Below are positions 27,222-37,212 of a stretch of 64,000 nucleotides of DNA, in pieces. The first letter of the stretch is position 1. Every line of letters begins with the position of its first letter. Below the pieces are notes generated by a model that saw nothing but the letters and a program-made list of their open reading frames with translations, was not told the DNA's origin and did no database searches. Source of the stretch: an uncultured Chloroflexia bacterium (GTDB taxonomy: Bacteria > Chloroflexota > Limnocylindria > Limnocylindrales > CSP1-4). Made by a program: the position numbers and the translations under genes. The stretch lies in assembly GCA_963828165.1 (NCBI GenBank), contig CAWHDR010000001.1:2432001-2496000 (forward strand). Reading direction: 5' to 3'.

Positions 27222-27570
27222 CGGTCGAACCCGTTGATATGCGGATGTAATGCCGCTTCGGAGTCGGTACGAGGCGGTCCCGAGGCAGTTCGCCGTACCG
27301 TTTCTGCATTCGATTCGGGCTGGTCCCCGCCAAGCTCGTTCCTCCAAGCCGCGCATACACCGGCGGCGACTCGCTCGAATCGGAGAATGACCCGCGCGCC
27401 GGCGGGCGCCCGGGCACCAACCACACGCGCCGTGGTCGATACGGATGGGCGACAACTCGGAGCAATTCCGTTTGCTCGCTCCGGTCCTGGGGGGCCCGAG
27501 ACGTATCGATAAGAGGCGATCGTGCCGGCTGGTGGGGCGCCCGCCGGGAGCGCACTCCGCATTCCCAGAG

Positions 27571-27608
27571 ACGATCAGCCGGCTCGCCCCCGAGGGCCGG
27601 CTGATCGT
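27571..27608. terminator. strong hairpin, probable terminator
   Basis: Perfect 13-bp arms ACGATCAGCCGGC / GCCGGCTGATCGT. Confidence 0.55.
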
Positions 27609-27654
27609 TACTTCCGGACCAAGACGCGGCCAACCAGGGACGCTGGAGGCCACC

Positions 27655-28607
27655 ATGTCGCTCGCCCGTCGCCTCGCTCTTCTCACCGCGCTCGCCCTGG
27701 CCCTGAGCCTCGTGCTGGCGCCAGCCGCCGCGGCCGTCCGGCCAGTGGATCCCGACCTGCCCGCCCGCATCGACCTGCCCGATGGCTTCCAGCCCGAGGG
27801 CATCGAGTCCGACAACGCGGGGAACCTGTACGCCGGGTCGCTCCGGGACGGCGACATCTGGACCGTCAACGTGCTGACCGGCGAGGAGCGCCTCCTCGTC
27901 GATAACGCGGCGGACGCCGGGCTCGTGTCGGTCGGGCTCCATCTCGACGACCAGGGGCGCCTGTGGGTCGCCGGCGGGCCGACGCAGCAGGTCCGCGTGT
28001 ACGACGTCGCGACCGGCGAGCTGCTCGAGACCTACCCGTTCCCGACGGCCGGGTTCATCAACGACCTCGACATCAGCCGCAACGCGGTCTACGCCACCGA
28101 CTCCGTGAACCAGCAGCTCGCTGGTCATCCCGCTGGGCGGCGGCGGCGCGCTGCCGGCTCCGACGGCCGCCACGACGATGCAGCTCACCGGCGACCTCTC
28201 GTACTCGGCCGGCTTCAACGCGAACGGCATCGCCGCCCGCGGCGGCTGGCTCGTGCTCGTCCAGGGGAACGAGGGCCTGCTGTTCAAGGTGAACCCGCGC
28301 ACCGGCGAGACGACCGAGATCGACACCGGCGGCTACTCCGTCGCCATGGGCGACGGGCTCGTGCTGCGCGGAAAGACGCTCTACGTCGTGCGCAACTTCG
28401 CGAACACCGTGGCCGTGCTGACGATGCGGGCCGGCCTGACCGAGGCGGAGCTGGTCGGGGAGTTCACGTCGGAGGACTTCGAGCTCGACATCCCGACCAC
28501 GGGGACGCTCACGCAGGGTGCCCTGTGGGTCGTGAACGCCCGGTTCAGCACGCCGCCGACGCCCGACACGCGAGTACTGGATCACGAGGCTGCCGACGCA
28601 GCCGTAG
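27655..28607 (+). CDS. secreted SMP-30/gluconolactonase-like beta-propeller protein (frameshifted)
   Basis: GGAGG RBS, signal peptide, LPDGFQPEGI, FINDL, YATDS, NANGIA, GDGL, VVNARF. Confidence 0.75.
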
Positions 28608-28721
28608 ATGAGCGGTGCCTTGCCGCACCGCTCGTGACAGGAGAGCTGTCACGCGTTTCGCCGAGGCTGACCGTGACGTCGGGGATCGACCGGGATCCTC
28701 GCGACTCGGAGGGGCCTGCCG

Positions 28722-28910
28722 ATGGTGGGCGAGACGACCTGGTTCGTTGGTGATCTGCGCTGCGTGACGTGCGGACGCGCCCTGAACGGCGACCCCGATG
28801 AGGACCCGACGGGCGACGCGGGCCAGCCAATCTGCGGCGAGTGCTATCGCGAGCGCGACTTCTTCCTGATTGACGCCGCTGACGGCCAGCTGGACGGCGA
28901 AATCGCGTGA
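28722..28910 (+). CDS. small acidic Zn-finger protein
   Basis: GGAGG RBS; CVTC...CGEC. Confidence 0.55.
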   Translation: MVGETTWFVGDLRCVTCGRALNGDPDEDPTGDAGQPICGECYRERDFFLIDAADGQLDGEIA

Positions 28911-29008
28911 TCAACAGGCTCAAAGCGACGGAATCGCCCAACACGTGCAGTACCATGCCGAGACCCCGCGACTCCCGTCACAAGTTTCGGGGTGCACCGG
29001 GGATGTCT

Positions 29009-30746
29009 ATGCGCGCGACCACCGCCATGCCGAAAGGCGAGACGGCCGAACGTCTCGTCGTCGAGAGGCTGCGCGCGGTGGTCGGATCCGGACGTCCTCG
29101 TCCTCGCCGGCGTGAAGTGGCTCCTGCGCGAGCGCGGGGCCGTACGCAACGGCGAGGCCGATGTGGTCCTCGGCGATCCCGGGCGCGGCATCCTCGTCAT
29201 CGAAGTGAAGGCCGGCGAGATCCGGCGGGACGACAGCGGAACGTGGTGGGCTGGGCCGAACCGGCTCGACCGGAGCCCGTTCGACCAGGCGCGCGACAAC
29301 AAGTACGCGCTGCTCAAGAAGCTCCATGAGCTACCCGACTGGCCCACCGACCTCAAGCCGATCAGCGGGCATGCCGTCGCGTTCCCTGATGTCGACCTTG
29401 ACACGATGCGCGGACGGCTGGGACTGCTCGGGCTCGATGCCGACAGCGAGCTCGTGGCCGACCAGTCGATGTTCGTCGACAGCGACGAGGGCCGGGACGA
29501 GCTGCGGCGCTTCCTCGAGGTGCCTTCGCCGCGTGGGGCCAGAGCGCGAGCGAGCGCGCGCCGGGACAGGCGGCGATCGACCTGCTGCGCGCCGTCGGGA
29601 CCGAGCCGTTCGAGATCCGCTCGATGCTGCGGCACGAGCTGGTCGAGGGCGAGCGCGACGTCGTCCGGCTGACGACACGGCCAGTTCCAACTTCTCAACC
29701 AGCTACGAAACGTGCGGCGGGCCTCGATCGTCGGCGGTGCGGGCACCGGCAAGACGCTGCTCGCGGCCGAGAAGGCGCGCCGGCTCGCGCGCGAGGGCTT
29801 CAACACGCTTCTCGTGTGCTTCAACGCGCCGCTGGCGCGCGTGCTGGCCGACGACCTTGAGCCCACGGCACGTGACACGGGGCTGCTAGACGTGAAGACC
29901 TTCCACCAGCTGTGCGAGGACCTCGGAAACGAGGCCGACGTGCTGGCCGCGCGGCCGGACCCGATCACGCAGGACTGGTGGGACCGGACGCTGCCGCGGG
30001 CACTCGATGACGCCGTTGCGAAGCTGGGTCCGCGATATCACGCGGTGGTGGTGGACGAGGGCCAGGATTTCGCGGCCGACTGGCTGGCGTCTCTCAACGA
30101 GCTGCTCACGGCGGGCGTGAGGACGTGCTGTACGTGTTCCACGACCCCGCCCAGGCGATCTATCGCGACGACGTCGTCGCGCAGCTCGGGCTGATCGAGT
30201 TCCCGCTCGAGACCAACTGCCGGAACGCGGCACCGATCCACGCGGTCGTGTCGCGGTTCGCGGAGGGCGGGCTGGCGTCGGAGGCGATGCGGATCGGGCG
30301 GTCGGGAGCCCGAGTTCGTGGAGGCCGCGGCCGGCGCCGAGACCGTCGAGGCGCTGCGGACGTGCTGCATCGACTGCGGGCGACCGACAGCGAGGCCGTG
30401 AACCCATGGGACATCGCGGTCCTGACGGCGTCGAAGCTGGAGGAGTCGGCCGGTCTGGTTGGCCCCGGGTCGTCGGTACGGGAACGAGGTGCTCGGAAAC
30501 CCTGCCTACGATGACGCCGGGCATCACCTGGGACTGCCGGCGCACCTCGCGCCGCCGCTGCCCGACGACGTGATCCTGTGCGAGACGATCCGGCGGTTCA
30601 AGGGCCTCGAGAAGCCCGTGATCGTGCTGGTCGAGCTGCGCGAGGACGACAAGCGGCTCGATCGGATGCTCTACGTCGGCGCGTCGCGGGCACGGCAGCA
30701 CCTGGTCGTCATCGCGCCCGCAGGCGTACTTGAGAAGCTTCGATGA
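29009..30746 (+). CDS. NERD-like nuclease fused to SF1 (UvrD-like) helicase; multiple frameshifts
   Basis: GEADVV...GILVIEVKAG...SPFDQA (PD-(D/E)xK NERD); GGAGTGKT, VVVDEGQD, NCRNA, TIRRFKGLE, LYVGASRA. Confidence 0.85.
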
Positions 30747-31018
30747 TCGCTGTGGCGCTCCCGCTTCGGACGAAGATCGGCGAGCGACAGCGGTGTCCTC
30801 GATGTGCCTCGAGGGATGTGGCGAGGATCCTCCGCGGCTATCCGATCTTCGGTGATGACCTCCGAGTGCGCATCGACGCGGGCGAGGTCGTCCTTGGCGG
30901 TTGTGCGCTGATGGGCAACGATCCCGACTTCCGCTGTCACAGCTGTCGTCATGAATTCCGCGATCGACCGGCGGCTGCACGTGGCGCCCACGGCGTCGTC
31001 ACGGCTTGTGACGGATGA
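30743..31018 (+). CDS. small Cys-rich Zn-ribbon protein
   Basis: ATGA overlap with the helicase stop; CPRC...I.GYP...GEVVLGGC...P..RCHSC. Confidence 0.7.
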   Translation: MIAVALPLRTKIGERQRCPRCASRDVARILRGYPIFGDDLRVRIDAGEVVLGGCALMGNDPDFRCHSCRHEFRDRPAAARGAHGVVTACDG

Positions 31019-31782
31019 CATGACCGCGCCGAAGAGTCGCAAGCTGGCGTCGAAGTCGATGCTGCGCACCGCCAACGTGTTCTTGAGGCCGTTGGCCATA
31101 GCAAGACCGATATCGGGAATCAGCCGCTGACCTTCCATTGGCCGTTGGTCGGGAGCAGGTTCGACCGCGGTGTCCTCGTGGTGGGTCAGGCGGTTTTCGG
31201 CTGGTTCGGTGACTGGACGGCGGCAGACGCGACCGACATCAGGGGGCGTTCAAAGATTGTCGGAGAGGCTCGGGATCTCTTCTGCGACCGGCCCGACCGC
31301 ATGGACTGGATCCAGGGACATCGAGTCTGGAATTCGCCGTTTTGGCGGGTCGCTCGTGACGTCACGGAAGCCGTTGCCCCGGGTGACGGGCCCTTCTACG
31401 CTCGGATGGCCTGGGCAAATCTATATCCGATCGCTCCTAACGATGTGAAGTCAAACCCCGGCGGGGCGCTCCTCTGAGGCGCAGACGGTGCCTGCTGCCG
31501 CGTTCCTTGATGCCACGATCGACAGGATTTAGCCCCGGCGTGGTCTTGGTGGTCGGCGGTCCATATATCTGGCCGTTCATCTATCCGCTTCGCCTCGACA
31601 AACTCACGACCGCACAGCGACCGCTCGACCTCACCGGCCTCCGAGATGGCATCGACTGGATCGTCGGGCAGCACCCTGGCGGAGCGTCTCGACGCGGCTG
31701 GGGACTCCGACGCTACGGCGAGCTCATATCCAAGACTCTTGGAATGACTGTGACGGGGGTCGACCATGCCCGGTGCCGGTGA
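31015..31782 (+). CDS. uracil-DNA glycosylase superfamily-like protein (frameshifted)
   Basis: Joined frames give VLVVGQAVFGW (motif A-like), SPFWR, AWANL, PGVVLVVG and IVGQHPG (motif B-like). Confidence 0.6.
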
Positions 31783-32104
31783 ACCGTCGGAGAAGGACCT
31801 GGAGTACCGGGAGCTCCTTGCTCGATTTCCATTGACGGGGCGTGCGCCGTCCGGACCCGAGGCTACTGTGCTTGCGCGGCGCCTCCAGGGAGACCTGGGC
31901 GCCCTCGTCGCCCAATGGGATGACGCCCGTACCTACTGCCGGGCCGAGAAACGACGGTGGCGAGTGACCAGCTCAAGAAGTTCCTCGATCAGAACAACCT
32001 ACGCCGAAGCGTTGAATGATCGGCAAAGTGCATGGATCGAGCAGATCCTCGAGCTTCCTGCCAGTCGTGCGACTACCGGGCGACGTGCCCGGTGCGGTCT
32101 GTGA
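31766..32104 (+). CDS. hypothetical protein immediately upstream of the MORC ATPase
   Basis: ATG overlaps the end of the preceding gene; no recognisable domain; probable internal frameshifts. Confidence 0.45.
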   Translation: MPGAGEPSEKDLEYRELLARFPLTGRAPSGPEATVLARRLQGDLGALVAQWDDARTYCRAEKRRWRVTSSRSSSIRTTYAEALNDRQSAWIEQILELPASRATTGRRARCGL

Positions 32105-32138
32105 TCGAGCGGGTTGCTATTCACGCTGTGTTGATGTC

Positions 32139-33606
32139 GTGAGAGAAATCGCGCTTCCGCCCAACGCCCCGGCACTGCTTGCGTCGCTGCGGGCGATCGG
32201 CTATTCGTTCGATTCGGCACTGGCCGACATCGTTGACAACAGCCTTGCGGCCGAGGCGACCAGGGCCGATGTGTGGTTCCCGCCTCGCATCCCTTTGTAC
32301 CTCGCCATCGTTGACGATGGGCTTGGTATGTCTGCGGAAGGGCTGATCGCAGCCATGCAGCACGGCGGCGTCGGGCCCGACGAAGCTCGCGCCGAGGGAG
32401 ACCTCGGCCGTTTCGGGCTGGGGTCTGAAAACGGCGTCGTTCTCGCAGTGCAAACGCCTAACCGTCGCGACAATGCATCACGGAAAACTGCATGGAGCGG
32501 CCTGGGATCTCGACCGGGTCAAGGAGACGGGCGAGTGGACCTTGATGCTCCTGGACGAGGACGAAGTTGCGGCACTGCCTCATGTGGATCGGGTCCGTGC
32601 TAACGGCCGCGGGACCCTCGTGCTGTGGCAGGAGCTCGACAGAGCACTCGCCGGCGAGGCGGATCCAGCCGATGCGTTGGGACGCCTCATGGACAAGGCC
32701 CGATCGCACTTGGGCCTCGTATACCACCGGTGGATCTCTGCCGAATTGGGGCAGTCGAGGATCGTCCTTTCCATGAACGGATTGCCCGTCGAGGCGTCGG
32801 ACCCGTTCCTCACCTCCGTCTCCACTGAGCAGCCATCCCAGAAACTGAACGTCGAAGGGAGGCAAATCACGTTCACTCCCTACATCCTTCCGCACCGGTC
32901 TCGCTTGTCCAAGAAGCAGCTGGCCGAAATCGACGGCGAGGACGGGCTACGCCGATCTCAAGGCTTCTACGTCTACCGGCAGCGCCGTCTCATCACGTCA
33001 GGGACTTGGTTCAGGCTAATGCGGCAAGGCGAGCTCACGAAGCTAGCCCGCGTGCGCGTCGATATCCCCAACGCCCTGGATCACCTGTGGCAGCTCGACG
33101 TGAAGAAGTCGACGGCTACGCCGCCGCAGCAGGTCAGACAGGGCCTCCAGCAAGTGATTTAAGAATTCGGTCAGGGCAGCGAAAAGGTGATTAATCACCG
33201 CGGTTGGAAGGAGAAGAGCCCAGTTACCCGTCTCTGGGACCGCCTCGAGATGCCTGCGGGGGTGAACTACGCGATCAACCGGGGTCACCCGGCCGTATCT
33301 GCCGTTGCTTCGGGTATGACTCCTAGGAGCGCCCAATACTTCGACCGGCTCCTCGACGCACTGGAATTCACGATCCCGTTCGAGGCCATCTACGCCGACA
33401 TCGCGTCCGAGCGAGATCTGAAAACTGAGGCGCCGCCGGAGGATGTCGAAGAGGCGCTGAAGGCGATGCTTGATGCAATGGTCACGGCGCTTACCACGAA
33501 TTCGCAGGCCCTCGACAAGCTTCTTAAACAGGTCCCGACGATAGAGCCCTTCTCCAGCTATCCCGATCTTGCGAAGCAACTTCTCCAAGAGGTGCGCGTT
33601 GACTGA
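32139..33606 (+). CDS. mzaB: MORC/MutL-like GHKL ATPase (MzaB-like); frameshift near 32425, interruption near 33160
   Basis: SLRAIGYSFDSALADIVDNS, DDGLGM, DLGRFGLG(L)KTASFSQC, QGFYVYR..RLI..GTW, LARVRVDIPN, LDVKKS. Confidence 0.85.
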
Positions 33607-36284
33607 CACCGTCGCCGATCTGCTTGATCGGACCATCATGGCCTCGCTTCCGACAGATCGTAAGCCGACCGAGGCGGAGCTTCATGAGCGAGCGGAGGCG
33701 CTGCGCAAGGCCTTCCCTGTTCCGGATGATGTCTTCACAGCTGTCGTCAAGGCGATCGAGGCGCGGCTCGTGATTTCCATGGACATGGGCACGGTCCTGT
33801 CCAGACCGGACCATGTTCCTTGGCTGATGGGTAGGAAGGCCGAGATCGATCCGTTCTACTTCGAGCGATACCGTCAGTACCTGCCGAAGCTAGCCATGAC
33901 GCCGGCGGTGATCGGAACGCTCGATCGAGTCACGGACGAGCTTCTTGACATGTGCGGCAACCCGCACTTGGCTGGGCAGTGGAGCCGGCGGGGCTTGGTG
34001 GTCGGCGACGTTCAGTCGGGCAAGACAGCGACCTATACGGCCCTTACGTGCAAGGCCGCTGACGCAGGCTATCGGCTCATCGTCCTCATGACGGGGACGC
34101 TCGAGAACCTTCGCCGCCAAACCCAGCAGCGGTTGGACGAGGGCTTCGTCGGGCTCGACAGCTCAGACAAGCTGCAGAAAGCGCAGATCGCCAAGAACAA
34201 TGCGGTCGGCGTTGGCGTCATCGACAACCGGCGGGTCGCGGGCGTCTTCACCTCGCGGTCCCGGGACTTTAGCAAGGTCTTGCTGAACAGCCTTGGCTTC
34301 CGCCTGGATGCCTTTCAGGAGCCCGTGCTCCTCGTCATCAAGAAGAACGCGCGAATCATCGAGAACCTCCACAACTGGCTCGAGGCATATAACAGCGGGC
34401 CCGACGGGAGGATTGCCGCGCCACTGCTCCTCATCGACGACGAGGCGGACTCGGCTTCAATCAATACGGCGGACCCCTCGGGAGACCCAACCGCGATCAA
34501 CACCCGAATGCGAAAACTGCTGAGCCTCTTTCACAGGTCGACTTATGTTGGCTTTACGGCAACGCCCTTCGCTAACGTGTTCGTGGATCCGGACACGGAA
34601 GATGAAATGCTCGGTGATGACCTGTTCCCGCGCGACTTCATCTACGCACTCGAGGCGCCCTCGAACTACATCGGCGCACAGATCATCTTCTCTGACGAGC
34701 TGACAGGCGTCCTGTCGAACGACGACGCGAGGGACTGGTACCCGCCGAAGCACAAGTCGACTTACATTCCGGCGGGCTTGCCCCCGTCCCTGTCGGAGGC
34801 TATGCGGTCCTTCTTCGTCGCCTGCACCATCAGAGACCTTCGAGGCGAGCGCAGTGCGCATCGCTCGATGCTCGTCAACGTCTCGCGCTTCACTGCTGTT
34901 CAGAACGTGTCACGGGACCTGATCTACGAGTACGCGGCCGCCCTCCAGCGGGACATTCGCAACTTCAGCCAGCTGCCAGGCGACGATGCGATGCTCAACG
35001 GCTCCCTCGTTGACCTGAAGACCACTTGGCAGGAACAGTTTAAGGACGCGGGGACGTCCTGGCGTCAGGTGCGAAATCAGCTGCACGAGTCGACCTCCCC
35101 AATCACGGTGAGGTCAGTGAACCAAAGTGCTCCGGCCGCCTCGTTGGACTACACGAGTTATGGGTCTGGGCTCCGGGTCATTGCTGTGGGTGGCGACAGC
35201 CTCTCTCGAGGCCTGACCCTGGAAGGGCTGAGCACTAGCTACTTCTACAGGAATTCCCAAGCCTACGACACGCTAATGCAGATGGGCCGCTGGTTCGGGT
35301 ACCGGGATGGTTACGCCGACCTGTGTCGCGTATGGCTAACTGATGAGGCGGTCCACTGGTACTCCCACATCTCGATGGCCTCTGACGAGCTTCGCGCCGA
35401 ATTCAAGAGGATGTGGTCCTTGAATTTCACGCCCAAGGACTTCGGCATGAAGGTGAGGTCGCACCCAGATGCCCTGACCGTCACGGCCCGGAACAAGATG
35501 CGTTTCGCCGAGGACTTCGTCCGGGATATCTCCTTGTCTGCCAACGGCATTGAAACAGCGCGTCTCTTGGCGTCCGAGGCACAACTGGATGCCAACGCGC
35601 TGCGAGTTGAAGCATTCGTCGGTCGGATGGAGGCCGCTGGGCTCCAGGTCGAGGACTCCGAGTGGGGATCCAAGATATGGCGAGGCGCGCCAAAGGCCCT
35701 CGTGGCCAGCCTCCTTGCAGAATTCGAGACCCATCCGCGCGCAGTTGACTTCCAAGGCAAGGCTATTGCGAAGTTCCTCGAAGCGACCACGGTTCCTGCG
35801 CTCGACGTCTGGGACGTCGCCATGCCCCAGGGCAGTGGTGATCCTGAAGTGTTCGCCGGCATCGAGTTCAAGCCCCCCAAGCGATCAATCGTCGCAAAAT
35901 CCGGGGATTTGCTCTCTCCTCGTTTCTGGAGCGAAGGCGCGTGTAGGAAGTCGCGGAGTCGAACGAGAGGGCATGACGGAGGCAGAGGTCCGCGCCGTTG
36001 AACAGGCGAATCCGGGGCCCAACGTCTCGGACAAGCAGTATCGCCTTGGGCGCCGCCGACCGCTCTTCCTGCTCCACGTTCTAAGGGGTACGGCTGGCGA
36101 GGACAAGGCCCCATTCCGGCCGGCACCAGCTGCACCGCTTACAGCGCTCGGGCTGAGCTTTCCCGAATTCGACGACAGCGGTATCGCAGGTCGTGTCGAG
36201 TACAAGGTCACGATGAGGTTCTGGAAGGATCTTTTCGATGTCGAAGCGTCCGACGAGGTAACAGGTGCGGACGATGCTGATTGA
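33599..36284 (+). CDS. mzaC: Z1-domain SF2 helicase-like protein (MzaC-like); frameshift near 35910
   Basis: GDVQSGKT, NLRRQTQQRL, IDDEADSASIN, YVGFTATPFAN, SMLVNVS, SRGLTLEGL, DTLMQMGRWFGYR. Confidence 0.9.
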
Positions 36285-37203
36285 CGGCGCCTGGGAGAAA
36301 GTCAGCACCGCAGCCTCCGATGGAGGCTACATAAGGATTGATCCCACGCATCCCGGGGACTTCTTCGCTGCCGAGGATGCCGAACGTCGCAAGGGTCTGG
36401 TGCTCTTGCTCGACATCGAGCCCCCGAAGCCCCCCAAACTTGAGTCACTCGAGTTAGCGATCACGCAGCGGCCCGATAGTCGATGGGTGCTGAGTGTCTA
36501 CCTACACTCAGGCGCCCTGCTTGCGCCATTCACCCAACTCTGTGAAGACCTGATCGCATCGAGCCGGGGCGTATCGCAGGATCGCATCGGATCGTTCGTC
36601 GTGGCGCGCCTTCATCGCTGGCAAGACCTGCTCGAAGGCGCATCCACGTGGTCGATGAGCAAACTGCGGGGCTTCCTCGGAGAACTCCGCCTACTCCACC
36701 TTGCCGCGAACACAGTTGGCGCCGAGACGGCCGTGCTGGCCTGGGCCGGCCCCTACAGCGCCCCTCAGGACTTCGCGCTGCCTGGGACATGGATCGAGGT
36801 GAAGGCGACATATCCCACGGCAAGAACAATTCGGGTCACATCGGCGGATCAACTGACTGCCCCGGGCGAACTGCTTCTCGCTGTATTCACGTTCGCGACA
36901 CTCGTTCCCGACCAGCAAGGAGTCTCGGCCGGCAGTCTTGTCACGGACTTCGAGGCAAGGCTGGCAACCGATGGACTCGCTGACAGCCTTCTGGAATTCG
37001 GTAAGCGACTGTCGGTCGTAGGCTTCGACCGGACCGCCGATTACGCGGCAGTCGGGTTCCGAGAGGATGCGTTGCACTTCTACGCAGTCGGCGGGTCGTT
37101 TCCCCGGCTCACACCTTCCGATCTCCCGGCCGGCGTTGCCGAATGCACGTATGACCTTGAACTCGGCGCACTCCCGCCATTCGAGGTCACCTCGCCTTTC
37201 TAG
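36274..37203 (+). CDS. mzaD: PD-(D/E)xK motif protein (DUF4420-like, MzaD-like)
   Basis: GFLGEL, WAGP...QDF...IEVKA, VTSADQL, FPRL; lies between the Z1 and AIPR genes. Confidence 0.85.
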   Translation: MLIDGAWEKVSTAASDGGYIRIDPTHPGDFFAAEDAERRKGLVLLLDIEPPKPPKLESLELAITQRPDSRWVLSVYLHSGALLAPFTQLCEDLIASSRGVSQDRIGSFVVARLHRWQDLLEGASTWSMSKLRGFLGELRLLHLAANTVGAETAVLAWAGPYSAPQDFALPGTWIEVKATYPTARTIRVTSADQLTAPGELLLAVFTFATLVPDQQGVSAGSLVTDFEARLATDGLADSLLEFGKRLSVVGFDRTADYAAVGFREDALHFYAVGGSFPRLTPSDLPAGVAECTYDLELGALPPFEVTSPF

Positions 37204-37212
37204 GGAATCACG

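Noticed and set aside
27518-27560. GGTGGG...CCCGCCGGGAGCG resembling the ZMP/ZTP riboswitch core
   Set aside because: Lacks the GACTGGCG segment and the 3' CGCCTGGG pseudoknot hairpin, and the downstream gene is unrelated to purine/folate metabolism.
30743-31477. Zn-ribbon TGA is in frame with the UDG-like ORF (possible readthrough or selenocysteine fusion)
   Set aside because: An overlapping ATG at 31015 plus a local indel explains it more simply; no SECIS-like evidence seen.
28700-32140. Run of short co-directional ORFs suggesting integron cassettes
   Set aside because: Genes overlap with no room for attC sites, and no integron integrase is present.
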